The notes below the pieces were generated by a model, which saw only the letters and a list, made by a program, of their open reading frames with translations, was not told the origin of the DNA and ran no database searches. 64,000 nucleotides of DNA from a bacterium (GTDB lineage: Bacteria > Patescibacteriota > Patescibacteriia > Buchananbacterales > GWA2-38-13). Each line of letters opens with the position of its first letter. The first letter of the stretch is position 1. A program made the translations under genes and the position numbers. The stretch spans positions 1,055 through 65,054 of the forward strand of contig JAUSGZ010000014.1 in the NCBI GenBank assembly GCA_030648715.1, written 5' to 3'. Below are positions 1-8,736 of this stretch, one piece after another.

Positions 1-304
1 GCCAGGTGATGCGGTACGTGCTGCCACGAACCCACTGCTCACCGCCATTAGGGAAAGTGACGGTAATCGTCGGCGTCGGGGTAGCGGTTGGCGTCGGAGT
101 CGGCGTGGCCGTCGGCGTCGGTGTAGGTGTAGGTGTAGGTGTAGGTGTCGCCGTGGGCGTTGGGGTAGGTGTGCTATTGGTATTCCCGTTCGAGTTTGCC
201 GCCACGACCGAGCCGGCATACACGAACAGACCGAGCGCCACCGTAAAACAGAAAGCGCTCACCAGGAACGCGGTCACCCGCGAAATCGTCTGAGCCTGTT
301 TCAT
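1..304 (-). CDS. 5'-partial secreted/cell-surface protein with N-terminal signal peptide/TM and a Pro-Thr linker. It runs off the window start.
   Basis: Manual minus-strand translation from ATG (revcomp of 302-304) gives MKQAQTISRVTAFLVSAFCFTVALGLFVYAGSVVAANSNGNTNSTPTPTPTATPTPTPTPTPTPTATPTPT...ITVTFPNGGEQWVRGSTYRITW with no stop before position 1. The PT-linker is encoded by a GTNGGN hexanucleotide repeat. The plus-strand ORF 6..293 (GVGVAV...) is its antisense shadow. Confidence 0.6.
   Translation of the reverse strand, partial: MKQAQTISRVTAFLVSAFCFTVALGLFVYAGSVVAANSNGNTNSTPTPTPTATPTPTPTPTPTPTATPTPTPTATPTPTITVTFPNGGEQWVRGSTYRITW
52..178 (-). repeat. Tandem hexanucleotide (ggYgtN) repeat encoding the Pro-Thr linker of the partial surface protein
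   Basis: Direct reading: ggcgtcggggtagcggttggcgtcggagtcggcgtggccgtcggcgtcggtgtaggtgtaggtgtaggtgtaggtgtcgcc... Confidence 0.7.
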
Positions 305-591
305 AACTATCGAAATCCCGGCCCTCATGAGGCGCGGGGTAAATAAGTAAATTTAGGGCGAAATGTGAATACATATTAATTATATCACGACAAGCCATTA
401 TTGGCAAGAGGATAACATAAATATTTTGCTAAAATAAGACAATTTTATTCTCAAAAATAAAATCGCACCAAATTCAGTACTTATAAATATCAATAGAAAT
501 AGATGCTGGGGTGTGTATAAACCCCAATTACGAAAAGTACATTTTGGGAAACAAAAAATCAGCCGCCTGCCACTGCTGAGTTCTTCGCCAC

Positions 592-663
592 TGCGCCCAC
601 GAGGATTCGAACCTCGATCACCGGCTCCGGAGGCCGGTGCTCTATCCATTGAGCTATAGGCGC
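592..663 (-). tRNA. tRNA-Arg (anticodon CCG)
   Basis: Revcomp folds as a canonical 72-nt cloverleaf: GCGCCTA/TGGGCGC acceptor, GCTC-AATGGATA-GAGC D arm, CCGGC-CTCCGGA-GCCGG anticodon arm (loop C-U-CCG-G-A), CGAGG-TTCGAAT-CCTCG T arm, discriminator A. CCA is not encoded. Confidence 0.85.
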
Positions 664-849
664 AAAGGCAAAGAACCGTGCAAAACAACAATATCAATTT
701 CTCTCACCATAAACCCGGCAACTGGCGGGCAGGTATCCATTGTCCGCCCCAGGCGGATCCGCCTCGGGCGGAAGCTACAAGGGGGCGGGGAAAGGTGTGC
801 CGACAAACCGGTCTGGAAAGGGCGCGATGTTCGGAAAAAAAACGGCGGT

Positions 850-1476
850 TCAACGCTTGGGCAGCGACCCCGGTTTGGTGGAACGCTCTCCCAGTAATTT
901 CAACGCCGCGCGGATGACTGCCTCGCTGGAATCGTCGTCGAGCGGGATTTGCACGAGCGCACGCTGCACGTCTTGAGCGGAGAACCCAAGCGCCTGAAGG
1001 GCTTCGCTGGCTTCGGCATGGCCGCTCCGTGCGCCGTGCGCCGCGCCGGAACCGGCGGCCAGTTCTTCCAGCTTGCCGCGCAATCCGGCAACCAATGTCT
1101 CCGCCAGACGCTGGCTGACCCCGGCGTGCTCCACCAGGTATTCCGGCCGGCCGCCGGCCACGGCCTGGCGTAGCTGCAACGGCGTTACGACTTCCATCAC
1201 ATGGAGCGCCGAACGCGGACCGACGCGCTGCACCGTGATAAGCAGCTCGAACATCTGCAACTCGTCGCGGCTGGAAAAACCAAACAGCTCCTGGGCATCC
1301 TCGCGCACCTCCAGATGCGTGTAGAGCTGCAACTGAGCGCCGACCTTGGCCTGCCGCACAAAGGTGCCAGTCACCTCTACGCGGTAGCCGACCGCGCCCA
1401 CCTCCACGACCAGGTGGTTGCCGCGCTTGAGGGGCGGGTGCACATAGGTGACCGTGCCACGCAGCGTTGCGATCAT
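850..1476 (-). CDS. ruvA: Holliday junction DNA helicase subunit RuvA
   Basis: 208 aa. The N-terminal MIATLRGTV...VEVGAVGYRVEV OB-fold signature, helix-hairpin-helix region and C-terminal domain layout are typical of RuvA. Confidence 0.85.
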   Translation of the reverse strand: MIATLRGTVTYVHPPLKRGNHLVVEVGAVGYRVEVTGTFVRQAKVGAQLQLYTHLEVREDAQELFGFSSRDELQMFELLITVQRVGPRSALHVMEVVTPLQLRQAVAGGRPEYLVEHAGVSQRLAETLVAGLRGKLEELAAGSGAAHGARSGHAEASEALQALGFSAQDVQRALVQIPLDDDSSEAVIRAALKLLGERSTKPGSLPKR

Positions 1477-1647
1477 AGGTGAAAGCGAATGCCGGCAGAA
1501 TGTCGCCGACGTGCCCCAACGTTAGCAAAAGCAAGCCAATTTGGCAACGGGAAATCTTGACAAACGGCGATTTTCCCAGTAGCGTTGGGGGAAGGTTTTT
1601 CGTACCTCGACAATCCACAATCCCACGCCACGAAAGGAGCGTGTTCC

Positions 1648-2787
1648 ATGTTGACCTTTACGGTTGAGCCGCGCAAAGTTTGGGTGCCTTACGGCGGCAA
1701 AAGCGTCCTGACCCACCCCGTCACCCACCTGCCCAAGAGCATCCTGGTCGCCCAAGGTACGGGCGAATTTTTCCTCCAGTACTGGGAGGAAGGAGAACGG
1801 CGCGGCGATAAGAAGCAACGCCGCTGGAGGAAATACCGCGACGTGTGGTCGCTGCACCGCGGGCTGAAGCTCGCCCGCTACGGCACGATCGTCCGCCGCC
1901 TCCCCACGCTGGAAGAGCTGCGCAGTCTGTGCAGCGGCGCCAACATCACGCTGAGCGCGGGCCGCGTCGCCCCCGAGGCGCTCGCCCAGGTCAAAACCGA
2001 CCTGCTGCGCGTGCTGGACACGCTGCGGCAGCCCCGCACCCACGCCCTCAAGGACGTCGTCGTCCAGATCGAGCTGGTCGTGCCGTTGCGCGACGCCAAG
2101 GGACGTCTGAACACCGGGGCGCTGGCCGCGCGGCTCGTGCCGGTCAAAAACCGGCTGTTCGTGGAGCGCGTCTCCGACATCGCCGAGTGGCTCGGCTACT
2201 ACGCCCACTGGGAACAGGACGTCGCGGTCCTGCTGCAATTGGCCGGGGGCTTTCTCCCGACGCTGGAACGAAGCATCGGCAACGCGGTCAGCCGCCTGGC
2301 CGATATTGCCGACGCCCCGGCGGCACTACTGCCCCTCGCGCGCGAACTTCGGCCGCATGCCGATTTCGTGGAGCAGCTGGTGCCATTCGGCGGCTGGACC
2401 AACTGGGCGCGCGCCTGCAGTGCGGACTTCCGCGCCACCATCAACGCATTGTTCGCCAATGACCGCGACGTCGCGCTGGCGGCCCTGCGACGGCTGGCAA
2501 CGGCAATCCGCCTCAAATGGCTGCAGGCCGACATCTCCGACCTGCTGCTGGAAATCCAGATGGACGCCCTGAACGGCGACTTGCAGGTCGACTGCTACCT
2601 GCGACGCCTGGAGGACCTGCTCTCCCGTCTCGCGACGCTCGATGACGCTCACCTGCGCACGCCGGTGGTTCCCACCCTCGCGGAAAAATTCCGCGCTACC
2701 ATCGCCACCCTGGGTTCGAAAGAACCCGACCGTGCCCGCGTGCGCAAGAGCCGCGACCACCTCCGCGTGGCCGTCGCTGCGCTCTGA
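1648..2787 (+). CDS. hypothetical protein (379 aa, soluble, Leu/Arg/Ala-rich, no recognisable motif)
   Basis: Long ORF on plus strand. The ATG at 1648 is preceded by RBS aaaggagcg (1633-1641). It is divergent from ruvA and convergent with the NIF3 gene. No Walker, HExxH or other motif was found. Confidence 0.55.
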   Translation: MLTFTVEPRKVWVPYGGKSVLTHPVTHLPKSILVAQGTGEFFLQYWEEGERRGDKKQRRWRKYRDVWSLHRGLKLARYGTIVRRLPTLEELRSLCSGANITLSAGRVAPEALAQVKTDLLRVLDTLRQPRTHALKDVVVQIELVVPLRDAKGRLNTGALAARLVPVKNRLFVERVSDIAEWLGYYAHWEQDVAVLLQLAGGFLPTLERSIGNAVSRLADIADAPAALLPLARELRPHADFVEQLVPFGGWTNWARACSADFRATINALFANDRDVALAALRRLATAIRLKWLQADISDLLLEIQMDALNGDLQVDCYLRRLEDLLSRLATLDDAHLRTPVVPTLAEKFRATIATLGSKEPDRARVRKSRDHLRVAVAAL

Positions 2788-2904
2788 ACGCCCCATCTGC
2801 TCTTCACCGCCAACGGCAATCGCCCCCACGATTGCCGCTTTTTTTATTTCCCACCTCCATTCATCCCGCCCGCTTGCGGGGCAATGCTTCATTTCTTCTG
2901 TCCA

Positions 2905-2932
2905 AAAAGCACGCCAGTTGGCGTGCTTTTCT
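2905..2932. terminator. bidirectional rho-independent terminator hairpin between convergent genes
   Basis: aaaagcacgcc-agtt-ggcgtgctttt: perfect stem flanked by A-run and T-run. Confidence 0.6.
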
Positions 2933-2947
2933 CTGCGATGGAAAATT

Positions 2948-3940
2948 TTAGCGGCGGCGTTTCGCGGGCTTGCTCGCCTTCGTACGGGTGGCAGCCTTGG
3001 CGCGGCTGACGCGGATGAGCCCGGCGCTGGGAATGATCTCCACGCCGCGGCGTTCCAGCTGGTCCAACATCAGGTTCATGCCGAGGGAATCGGACGACAT
3101 GTGGCCGGCGATGACCACGTTGATGTGGTACTTGGCCGCCTCTTTCTTGCGCTCCTTGTCCATGTGCATGCCGATGATGGTGCCAAACCCGTACTGCGAC
3201 ATCTTCTCGTAGATGCCGACCGCCCCTTCGGTACCGCCGGTGATGTCGGTCAGCACGATCTTGCCCGCCGACGATTCCGGGGTGCCGACCATGATGAACG
3301 GGCCCGACTTGCGCCTAATGGCTTCGCGGTACTCCGGCACGGTTTTGAGTGCGGCAATGATCTCCCCCAGTGTTTCGGGGTTGGCGCGCCGGATGACGCC
3401 ATCCAAAAATTTCGCGGCTTGGTTGTCGGTGCACGTGTGCGTGCACGCAAACCCGATGTCCAGCAACCGGGCGGCATCCACCGTACGGTGGTGGTTGGAC
3501 GCCGACACGCCGTGGGCAACCTCGGTGATGCGCTCGCGCATCAAGGACTCCGCGATGTTGATGGGCATGCCGTAGAGCGCCATCACCTCGGCCTGCAGGT
3601 GCATGACGTCGTGGAGATCGGCCAACCCTTCGCCCGCCGGGTGGTGGGCAATGACCAGGTCGCAGCCCAGTTGTTTGGCAATGATGAGCTCCGACGGGGT
3701 GATATCGATACCCGCGAGCACCTTACGCACGGGACGCCCGTGGTCGAAGAGCACGCGCGAATCCAGATAAGGGTTCACTGTGGCTTCCGGGTCCAGTTCC
3801 CACCGGTCGTTTTCCGGGGTGTGGTCGTACCGCGCCTGGGCGCGGGTGAGCACCTTGTCGACGGACTTTTGGCCGCGCAGGTCAGTCTGCCTGCCCAGCT
3901 GAATGGCCAGCTGGTAGATTTGCTTGATGGTCATTGGCAT
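2948..3940 (-). CDS. Nif3-family dinuclear metal centre protein (YbgI/YqfO-like, GTP cyclohydrolase 1 type 2 homolog)
   Basis: 330 aa. DLVIAHHP motif, metal-binding His/Glu pattern, and a split NIF3 fold with inserted domain. Confidence 0.75.
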   Translation of the reverse strand: MPMTIKQIYQLAIQLGRQTDLRGQKSVDKVLTRAQARYDHTPENDRWELDPEATVNPYLDSRVLFDHGRPVRKVLAGIDITPSELIIAKQLGCDLVIAHHPAGEGLADLHDVMHLQAEVMALYGMPINIAESLMRERITEVAHGVSASNHHRTVDAARLLDIGFACTHTCTDNQAAKFLDGVIRRANPETLGEIIAALKTVPEYREAIRRKSGPFIMVGTPESSAGKIVLTDITGGTEGAVGIYEKMSQYGFGTIIGMHMDKERKKEAAKYHINVVIAGHMSSDSLGMNLMLDQLERRGVEIIPSAGLIRVSRAKAATRTKASKPAKRRR

Positions 3941-3943
3941 AAA

Positions 3944-6913
3944 TTACACTTTGGAGATCCGCAGCAGAATTGCGCGGTCGTTCAGCGTCACCGGCTCTCC
4001 TCCCGTTCCGGTGGTAATCGTGAGGGCATTGGTCTTACGCAGCACCTCGTCGCGGTGCGACGTCAGTACGTCATCGAGTGCGCCGTCGTAGATGACGGCG
4101 ATCCGGTCGGCAACCGTCAGCGCAGCCGCCTTGCGCAGATTGTTGATGCACCGCACTAATTCCCGCGCCAACCCGGCAACCCGCAGCTGGTCGGTCATCG
4201 CGGTGTCCAGCGCCACGGTTGCGCCGGTCCGATACTCTAACACGTTCAATTCTTCTTTGACAATATCCTGCAGTTCCGCCCCGATCGCGGGGCCGGTAAC
4301 GGCGGCCAGCGGCTGGCGCACCTTCAGCCCGGCTGACATCCGCAACGCCAAGCCCTCGGTCACCACGGCCCGAGCTTTGGTCATCGCTTCCAGCGCGACC
4401 GGGTCAACAGACTCCCGCTTCGGCCAGTCTTCCAAATGCACCGAGGCGAGCTTGCCGCCGACTTCCCGGTACACATATTCAGCAAAGAACGGCGTAAACG
4501 GCGCTAAAAGTTTTGCGGTCTGCAGCAGCACATATCCCAGGGTGGCTATCGCCTCGGGGTCGCCGGCTTTGAAACGGTCGCGCGAACGGCGCACATACCA
4601 CGTGGACAGGTCGGTGATGAAGTCGCTCATCGGCCGCGCCGCTTCGATGACCCCGTACTGGGACAGCGCATCGGTGACAGTTCCGTTCAGTTGGGAAAGG
4701 CGAACGAGGATCCACTGGTCCAACACGTGATCCGTTCTCGGGGGAACCACCTGCGCCTTAGGCTTGGGTACATACAGCCGGTAGAACGCCACGACGTTTT
4801 GCAGGATGAGGAATACTTTTTTGACGACCTCGTCGATCTGCTTGAGGTCGAAGTTCTTGGCCTCGCCCGGCTGGTTGATGGTGTAGAGGTACCAACGCAG
4901 CGGGTCGGTGCCGAACTTGTTGATGACATCCCAGGGGTTGACGATGTTGCCCTTGGACTTGGACATCTTGCGGCCGCTGGCGTCGTTGATATGGCCGAGA
5001 CAAATGACATTCTTATAGCTTGGGCCCTTGCCCATGATGGTGGACACGGCCAAGAGCGTATAGAACCACCCGCGCGTCTGGTCAATGGCCTCGCAGATAT
5101 AATCGGCCGGATACTGTGCTCCGAGCTTGTAGCTTGTAGGTGGTAGCTTGTAGGTTTTTTTGGATTTCGTGGTTGATAATTTACCATCGATCAATTCTTC
5201 ATTCTCGAACGGATAATGGTACTGCGCGAACGGCATCGAGCCGGAATCCAGCCACACGTCCATGACTTCCGGCACGCGTCGCATGGTCCCGCCGCACGTT
5301 GCACACGGGAAAGTCACTGCGTCGATGAATGGCCGGTGCAGATCCTTCGGAATTTTCTTGGCCAAATTTTTCAGCTCTGCCACCGACCCCACCACCTGCC
5401 ACGCACCGCAGCCTTGCGGTAATTTTGATTTTTTAATTTTTAATTTTGAATCAATTTTCGAAATTTTAAATTTGAAATTCGAGTTTCCCGTCTGGCAACG
5501 CCAGACGGGCATCGGCGTTCCCCAGTACCGCTCGCGCGAGATCGCCCAGTCTTTGACGCCCGAGAGCCACTCTCCGAACCGCCCCTCCTTAATGTGCGCG
5601 GGCACCCAGGAGATCTGCTCGGCGTTCTTGAGCAGCTCATCTTTCACCTTGGTCATCGCGACGAACCACGAATCCTTGGCGTAGTACAGGAGCGGCGAAT
5701 CGCAGCGCCAGCAGAACGGATAGTCGTGTTCGTAAAGTACGGTCTGCATGAAAGCGCCATTGCGCTTGAGATGGTCGTAGATGAGTTCCTGCGTGTCTTT
5801 GGCCTTCACGTATTTTCCGGCCAAACCGGTAACGCGCGGTAAAAATTTTCCGTCCAGCCCGACGGTATGCTGTTTGGGCAGCCCAACCTGTTCGCCCAGC
5901 CGGTAGTCATCCTCGCCGTACATCACTGCGGTGTGGACAATCCCCGTACCATCGGTTGCCGTCACAAATTCGGCTGGTACGACGGTCCATGCTACGGTCT
6001 TGTCACCGACGTCAACCGCGCCGACAAACAACGGCTGGTAGTGAACACCCACAAGCTGCGTTCCAGGAACGGTTGCCAGTACGCGATGTTCCTGCGCTCC
6101 AAAGACTGCCGGTACCAACGCTTCAGCCAACACATAATGTACACCGCCGACCTCAATACGCACGTACTTTAATTTGGGGTGCACCGCCAGCGCGACGTTG
6201 CCCGGCAGCGTCCACGGGGTCGTGGTCCATGTCAGGATGAAATCGCCCTTCTGCACGAACTGGTTGCCAACGGTGACGCGGCATTTGACGTAGACGGAGT
6301 CTTCCTTGATCTTTCGGTACCCAAGCGCCACTTCATGAGATGACAGGGAAGTGCCACAGCGCGGGCAGTACGGCACTACCTTGTGGCCCTGATACAACAA
6401 CTCGCGCGCGTGCGCCTTCGCAATGACTTTCCACACGCTTTCAATGTAGTCATTCTCATACGTGATGTACGGATGCTTCAGGTCCAGCCAGAACCCGATA
6501 CGCTCGGTCAATTTTTCCCAGTCATCCTTGAACTGCCAGACCAACTCCCGGCACTCCGCGTTGAACTTGGCAATGCCGTACGTTTCAATCTCGGGTTTGG
6601 ACTTCAGGCTCAGCTTTTTTTCCACCTGCAACTCCACCGGCAAGCCGTGAGTGTCCCAGCCGGCCTTTCGTTCCACGTGGTAGCCCTGCATCGTGCGGAA
6701 GCGGACGATGATGTCCTTGAAGACACGTGCCAACACATGGTGCACCCCGGGGGCGGCGTTCGCCGTCGGCGGCCCTTCGTAGAACACAAAATTCCCTTTT
6801 GGCGATTTACGCGCCAAAGTTTTGGAAAAGATTTTTCCCTTCTGCCAGCGGGCAAGGATCATTTCTTCTTCTGCGGGCCAGGAATTTTTTTGCTTTTGTT
6901 CATCCATTGTCAT
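3944..6913 (-). CDS. ileS: isoleucyl-tRNA synthetase
   Basis: 989 aa. HIGH-region P-TANAAPGVHHV, KMSKSKGN, editing CP1 domain motifs, WAISRERYWGTP, DQTRGWFYTLL. It has a eukaryote/archaeal-like (type 2) architecture and contains two AT-rich Lys-rich insertions. Confidence 0.93.
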   Translation of the reverse strand: MTMDEQKQKNSWPAEEEMILARWQKGKIFSKTLARKSPKGNFVFYEGPPTANAAPGVHHVLARVFKDIIVRFRTMQGYHVERKAGWDTHGLPVELQVEKKLSLKSKPEIETYGIAKFNAECRELVWQFKDDWEKLTERIGFWLDLKHPYITYENDYIESVWKVIAKAHARELLYQGHKVVPYCPRCGTSLSSHEVALGYRKIKEDSVYVKCRVTVGNQFVQKGDFILTWTTTPWTLPGNVALAVHPKLKYVRIEVGGVHYVLAEALVPAVFGAQEHRVLATVPGTQLVGVHYQPLFVGAVDVGDKTVAWTVVPAEFVTATDGTGIVHTAVMYGEDDYRLGEQVGLPKQHTVGLDGKFLPRVTGLAGKYVKAKDTQELIYDHLKRNGAFMQTVLYEHDYPFCWRCDSPLLYYAKDSWFVAMTKVKDELLKNAEQISWVPAHIKEGRFGEWLSGVKDWAISRERYWGTPMPVWRCQTGNSNFKFKISKIDSKLKIKKSKLPQGCGAWQVVGSVAELKNLAKKIPKDLHRPFIDAVTFPCATCGGTMRRVPEVMDVWLDSGSMPFAQYHYPFENEELIDGKLSTTKSKKTYKLPPTSYKLGAQYPADYICEAIDQTRGWFYTLLAVSTIMGKGPSYKNVICLGHINDASGRKMSKSKGNIVNPWDVINKFGTDPLRWYLYTINQPGEAKNFDLKQIDEVVKKVFLILQNVVAFYRLYVPKPKAQVVPPRTDHVLDQWILVRLSQLNGTVTDALSQYGVIEAARPMSDFITDLSTWYVRRSRDRFKAGDPEAIATLGYVLLQTAKLLAPFTPFFAEYVYREVGGKLASVHLEDWPKRESVDPVALEAMTKARAVVTEGLALRMSAGLKVRQPLAAVTGPAIGAELQDIVKEELNVLEYRTGATVALDTAMTDQLRVAGLARELVRCINNLRKAAALTVADRIAVIYDGALDDVLTSHRDEVLRKTNALTITTGTGGEPVTLNDRAILLRISKV

Positions 6914-6961
6914 AGGCGTACTATTTGCTTACGTTAGCACCGATTTTGACGCGGCGTCAAC

Positions 6962-6990
6962 CAAAAAACCGCCGTTGGGCGGTTTTCCCG
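6962..6990 (-). terminator. rho-independent terminator downstream of ferredoxin gene
   Basis: aaaaaaccgcc-gttg-ggcggtttt hairpin. On the minus strand it is followed by a T-run. Confidence 0.55.
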
Positions 6991-7005
6991 AGCCCGGAAT
7001 GGCGG

Positions 7006-7221
7006 CTATTTCCCCGGATTTTCTTCGTGCTCTTCCCAGGCGATCGCGGCGACCGGGCACATTTCAATGGCATCGGCGATCTTGTCCTTATACTTTTCGT
7101 AGTCTATGCCGTCCATCACGGTCGCCTTGCCTTCGGCATCCACTTTGAATACCTCGGGACAGACTGACTCGCAAGCGGCGGCCCCGATGCACTTGGCGCG
7201 GTCCACGACGGGCTTTTTCAT
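7006..7221 (-). CDS. monocluster [4Fe-4S]/[3Fe-4S] ferredoxin
   Basis: 71 aa. Cys pattern CIGAAACESVCP ... EMCP (Cx5Cx3CP...CP) is typical of small single-cluster ferredoxins. Confidence 0.8.
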   Translation of the reverse strand: MKKPVVDRAKCIGAAACESVCPEVFKVDAEGKATVMDGIDYEKYKDKIADAIEMCPVAAIAWEEHEENPGK

Positions 7222-7255
7222 AATGTAAATATTGTAGGACGGAACCCTGCCCCGG

Positions 7256-7630
7256 TCAAACGTCGCCGCTGACCCACTGTTTTACCTTTTCCACCAAAGC
7301 CTTGGGGGTCACGCTGGTTTTCACGACGAAATCCTTGGCCCCGAGCTTTAACCCCTTTTCGATCTCTTCTTTCTGGCTCAAATTGGAAAAAATGATGACT
7401 GGAATTTTCTTGGTGTCGGGGTCATTTTTGAGGTGCCGCAACGCTTCGTAGCCATCCACTTTTGGCATCAGAATATCCAGCAGGATCAGATCCACGGGGT
7501 TACCCTTGGCCAATAAGTAGCCGGCGTCGCCGTTGACGGCCGTGAACAGCGAAAACCCCGCCTGCTCCAACGCCAACCGGTACAGCTCCAGCAAACTTGG
7601 CTCGTCCTCAACGATAAGGATCTTCTTCAT
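7256..7630 (-). CDS. stand-alone response-regulator receiver domain protein (CheY-like)
   Basis: 124 aa. MKKILIVEDE...DLILLDILMP(K)VDG...FSNL...KLGA.DFVVK carries the conserved acidic pocket and phospho-acceptor Asp. There is no output domain. Confidence 0.85.
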   Translation of the reverse strand: MKKILIVEDEPSLLELYRLALEQAGFSLFTAVNGDAGYLLAKGNPVDLILLDILMPKVDGYEALRHLKNDPDTKKIPVIIFSNLSQKEEIEKGLKLGAKDFVVKTSVTPKALVEKVKQWVSGDV

Positions 7631-7690
7631 ACTTATTTATAGATGAGTACCTATATACTACGTACACACTTGCTTTGCAGTCAAACTTGA

Positions 7691-8728
7691 CTACGAAAAC
7701 CACTTCAAAAGGCGAATGATGCCCATTTTTGCTGCCTGACGATGTGCCGAGACGTCCTGACGCGAACGTATCTGTTCTCGATGGTCATGATAATATTTAT
7801 ACGCGCGCCAAAGCATTTCCTCGTTCGAGCAGGTTGGCTGCCACTGCAATTCGCGCTTGATCTTTTCAGTATTAAAGGAAAAATCTTCGGCGATCATCCG
7901 ATACTGATACGGACCAAGAGGTGATACGCCAAGGGTATACGCCAGCCGCATCAAAAAAAGCGTCGGCACGCGCGGGAGCGATGTGATCCTCGCTTTCGTT
8001 CCTGCGCGCGAGATGACGGATTGGTACACTTCGCGTAATGATTTCACGCCGTCTGCACCGATATGAAAAGTTGCGGAATGGTGGTACTCCAGTGCCCGTA
8101 GGCAAGCGGCTGCCAAATCCTTGGCGTAGATGAACTGGTACTTATTCTTACCGCCGTCAACCACCCAGACCTTACGGCCCTCGTCAATGAATTCGAATAG
8201 GATCGCCAAAAGCCCAAGCCGTCCCTCATCAATGATGGTTGGGCAGCGAAATGTAATGATGTGAAGATCTCGTTCATACTCGGATAATATTTTTTCTGCT
8301 ACCAGCTTTGACCGACCGTAAATTTCTGCCGGATCCGGAGCATCCTCTTCACGGACCGGCCGGTCAAATGATCTACCCCAGAGGCAATTGGAAGAAATAA
8401 AGATCAACTTGGGCACCCGAAAATCACGGCAGCATTCCGCCACGTTCCTCGTCCCGTCGACATTCGACGTCCACAAAAAATCTCTATCTTTCGCGGCGTG
8501 CGCGAGCACGGCTGCGCAATGGAAAACCGCGGTGTAACCCTCCGGTTGGAATAAACGACGCAGGGAAACGCGGTCGCGGATGTCTCCCTGGATCGGCGTC
8601 AACCGAGGATGCTGCTGCGCATGTGGCACGAGGTCGATGCTATCGCAAGAAAATCCTGATGCCAGGAGATGGTCAATCAAGATCCCGCCGAAAAAACCCG
8701 CTCCTCCAGTTACTAAAATTTTTTTCAT
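7691..8728 (-). CDS. NAD-dependent epimerase/dehydratase (extended SDR)
   Basis: 345 aa. N-terminal Rossmann VTGGAGFFGGIL and the SDR catalytic core. It is the last gene of the operon with two GT-C genes. Confidence 0.8.
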   Translation of the reverse strand: MKKILVTGGAGFFGGILIDHLLASGFSCDSIDLVPHAQQHPRLTPIQGDIRDRVSLRRLFQPEGYTAVFHCAAVLAHAAKDRDFLWTSNVDGTRNVAECCRDFRVPKLIFISSNCLWGRSFDRPVREEDAPDPAEIYGRSKLVAEKILSEYERDLHIITFRCPTIIDEGRLGLLAILFEFIDEGRKVWVVDGGKNKYQFIYAKDLAAACLRALEYHHSATFHIGADGVKSLREVYQSVISRAGTKARITSLPRVPTLFLMRLAYTLGVSPLGPYQYRMIAEDFSFNTEKIKRELQWQPTCSNEEMLWRAYKYYHDHREQIRSRQDVSAHRQAAKMGIIRLLKWFS

Positions 8729-8736
8729 ATACCAAG

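Noticed and set aside
6-293. + strand ORF encoding a GVGVAV repeat protein
   Set aside because: It is the antisense reading of the minus-strand signal-peptide + PT-linker gene, which has a proper ATG, a hydrophobic leader and a folded-domain continuation.
704-1618. 304-aa minus ORF (Arg/Gly-rich)
   Set aside because: It overlaps ruvA in another frame. It is a high-GC frame artefact with no motifs.
1522-2238. 238-aa minus ORF
   Set aside because: It is antisense to the 1648-2787 gene and upstream region. It has a low-complexity composition typical of GC-rich shadow ORFs.
2642-4159. 505-aa + ORF
   Set aside because: It is antisense to the NIF3 and ileS genes, both of which carry clear family motifs.
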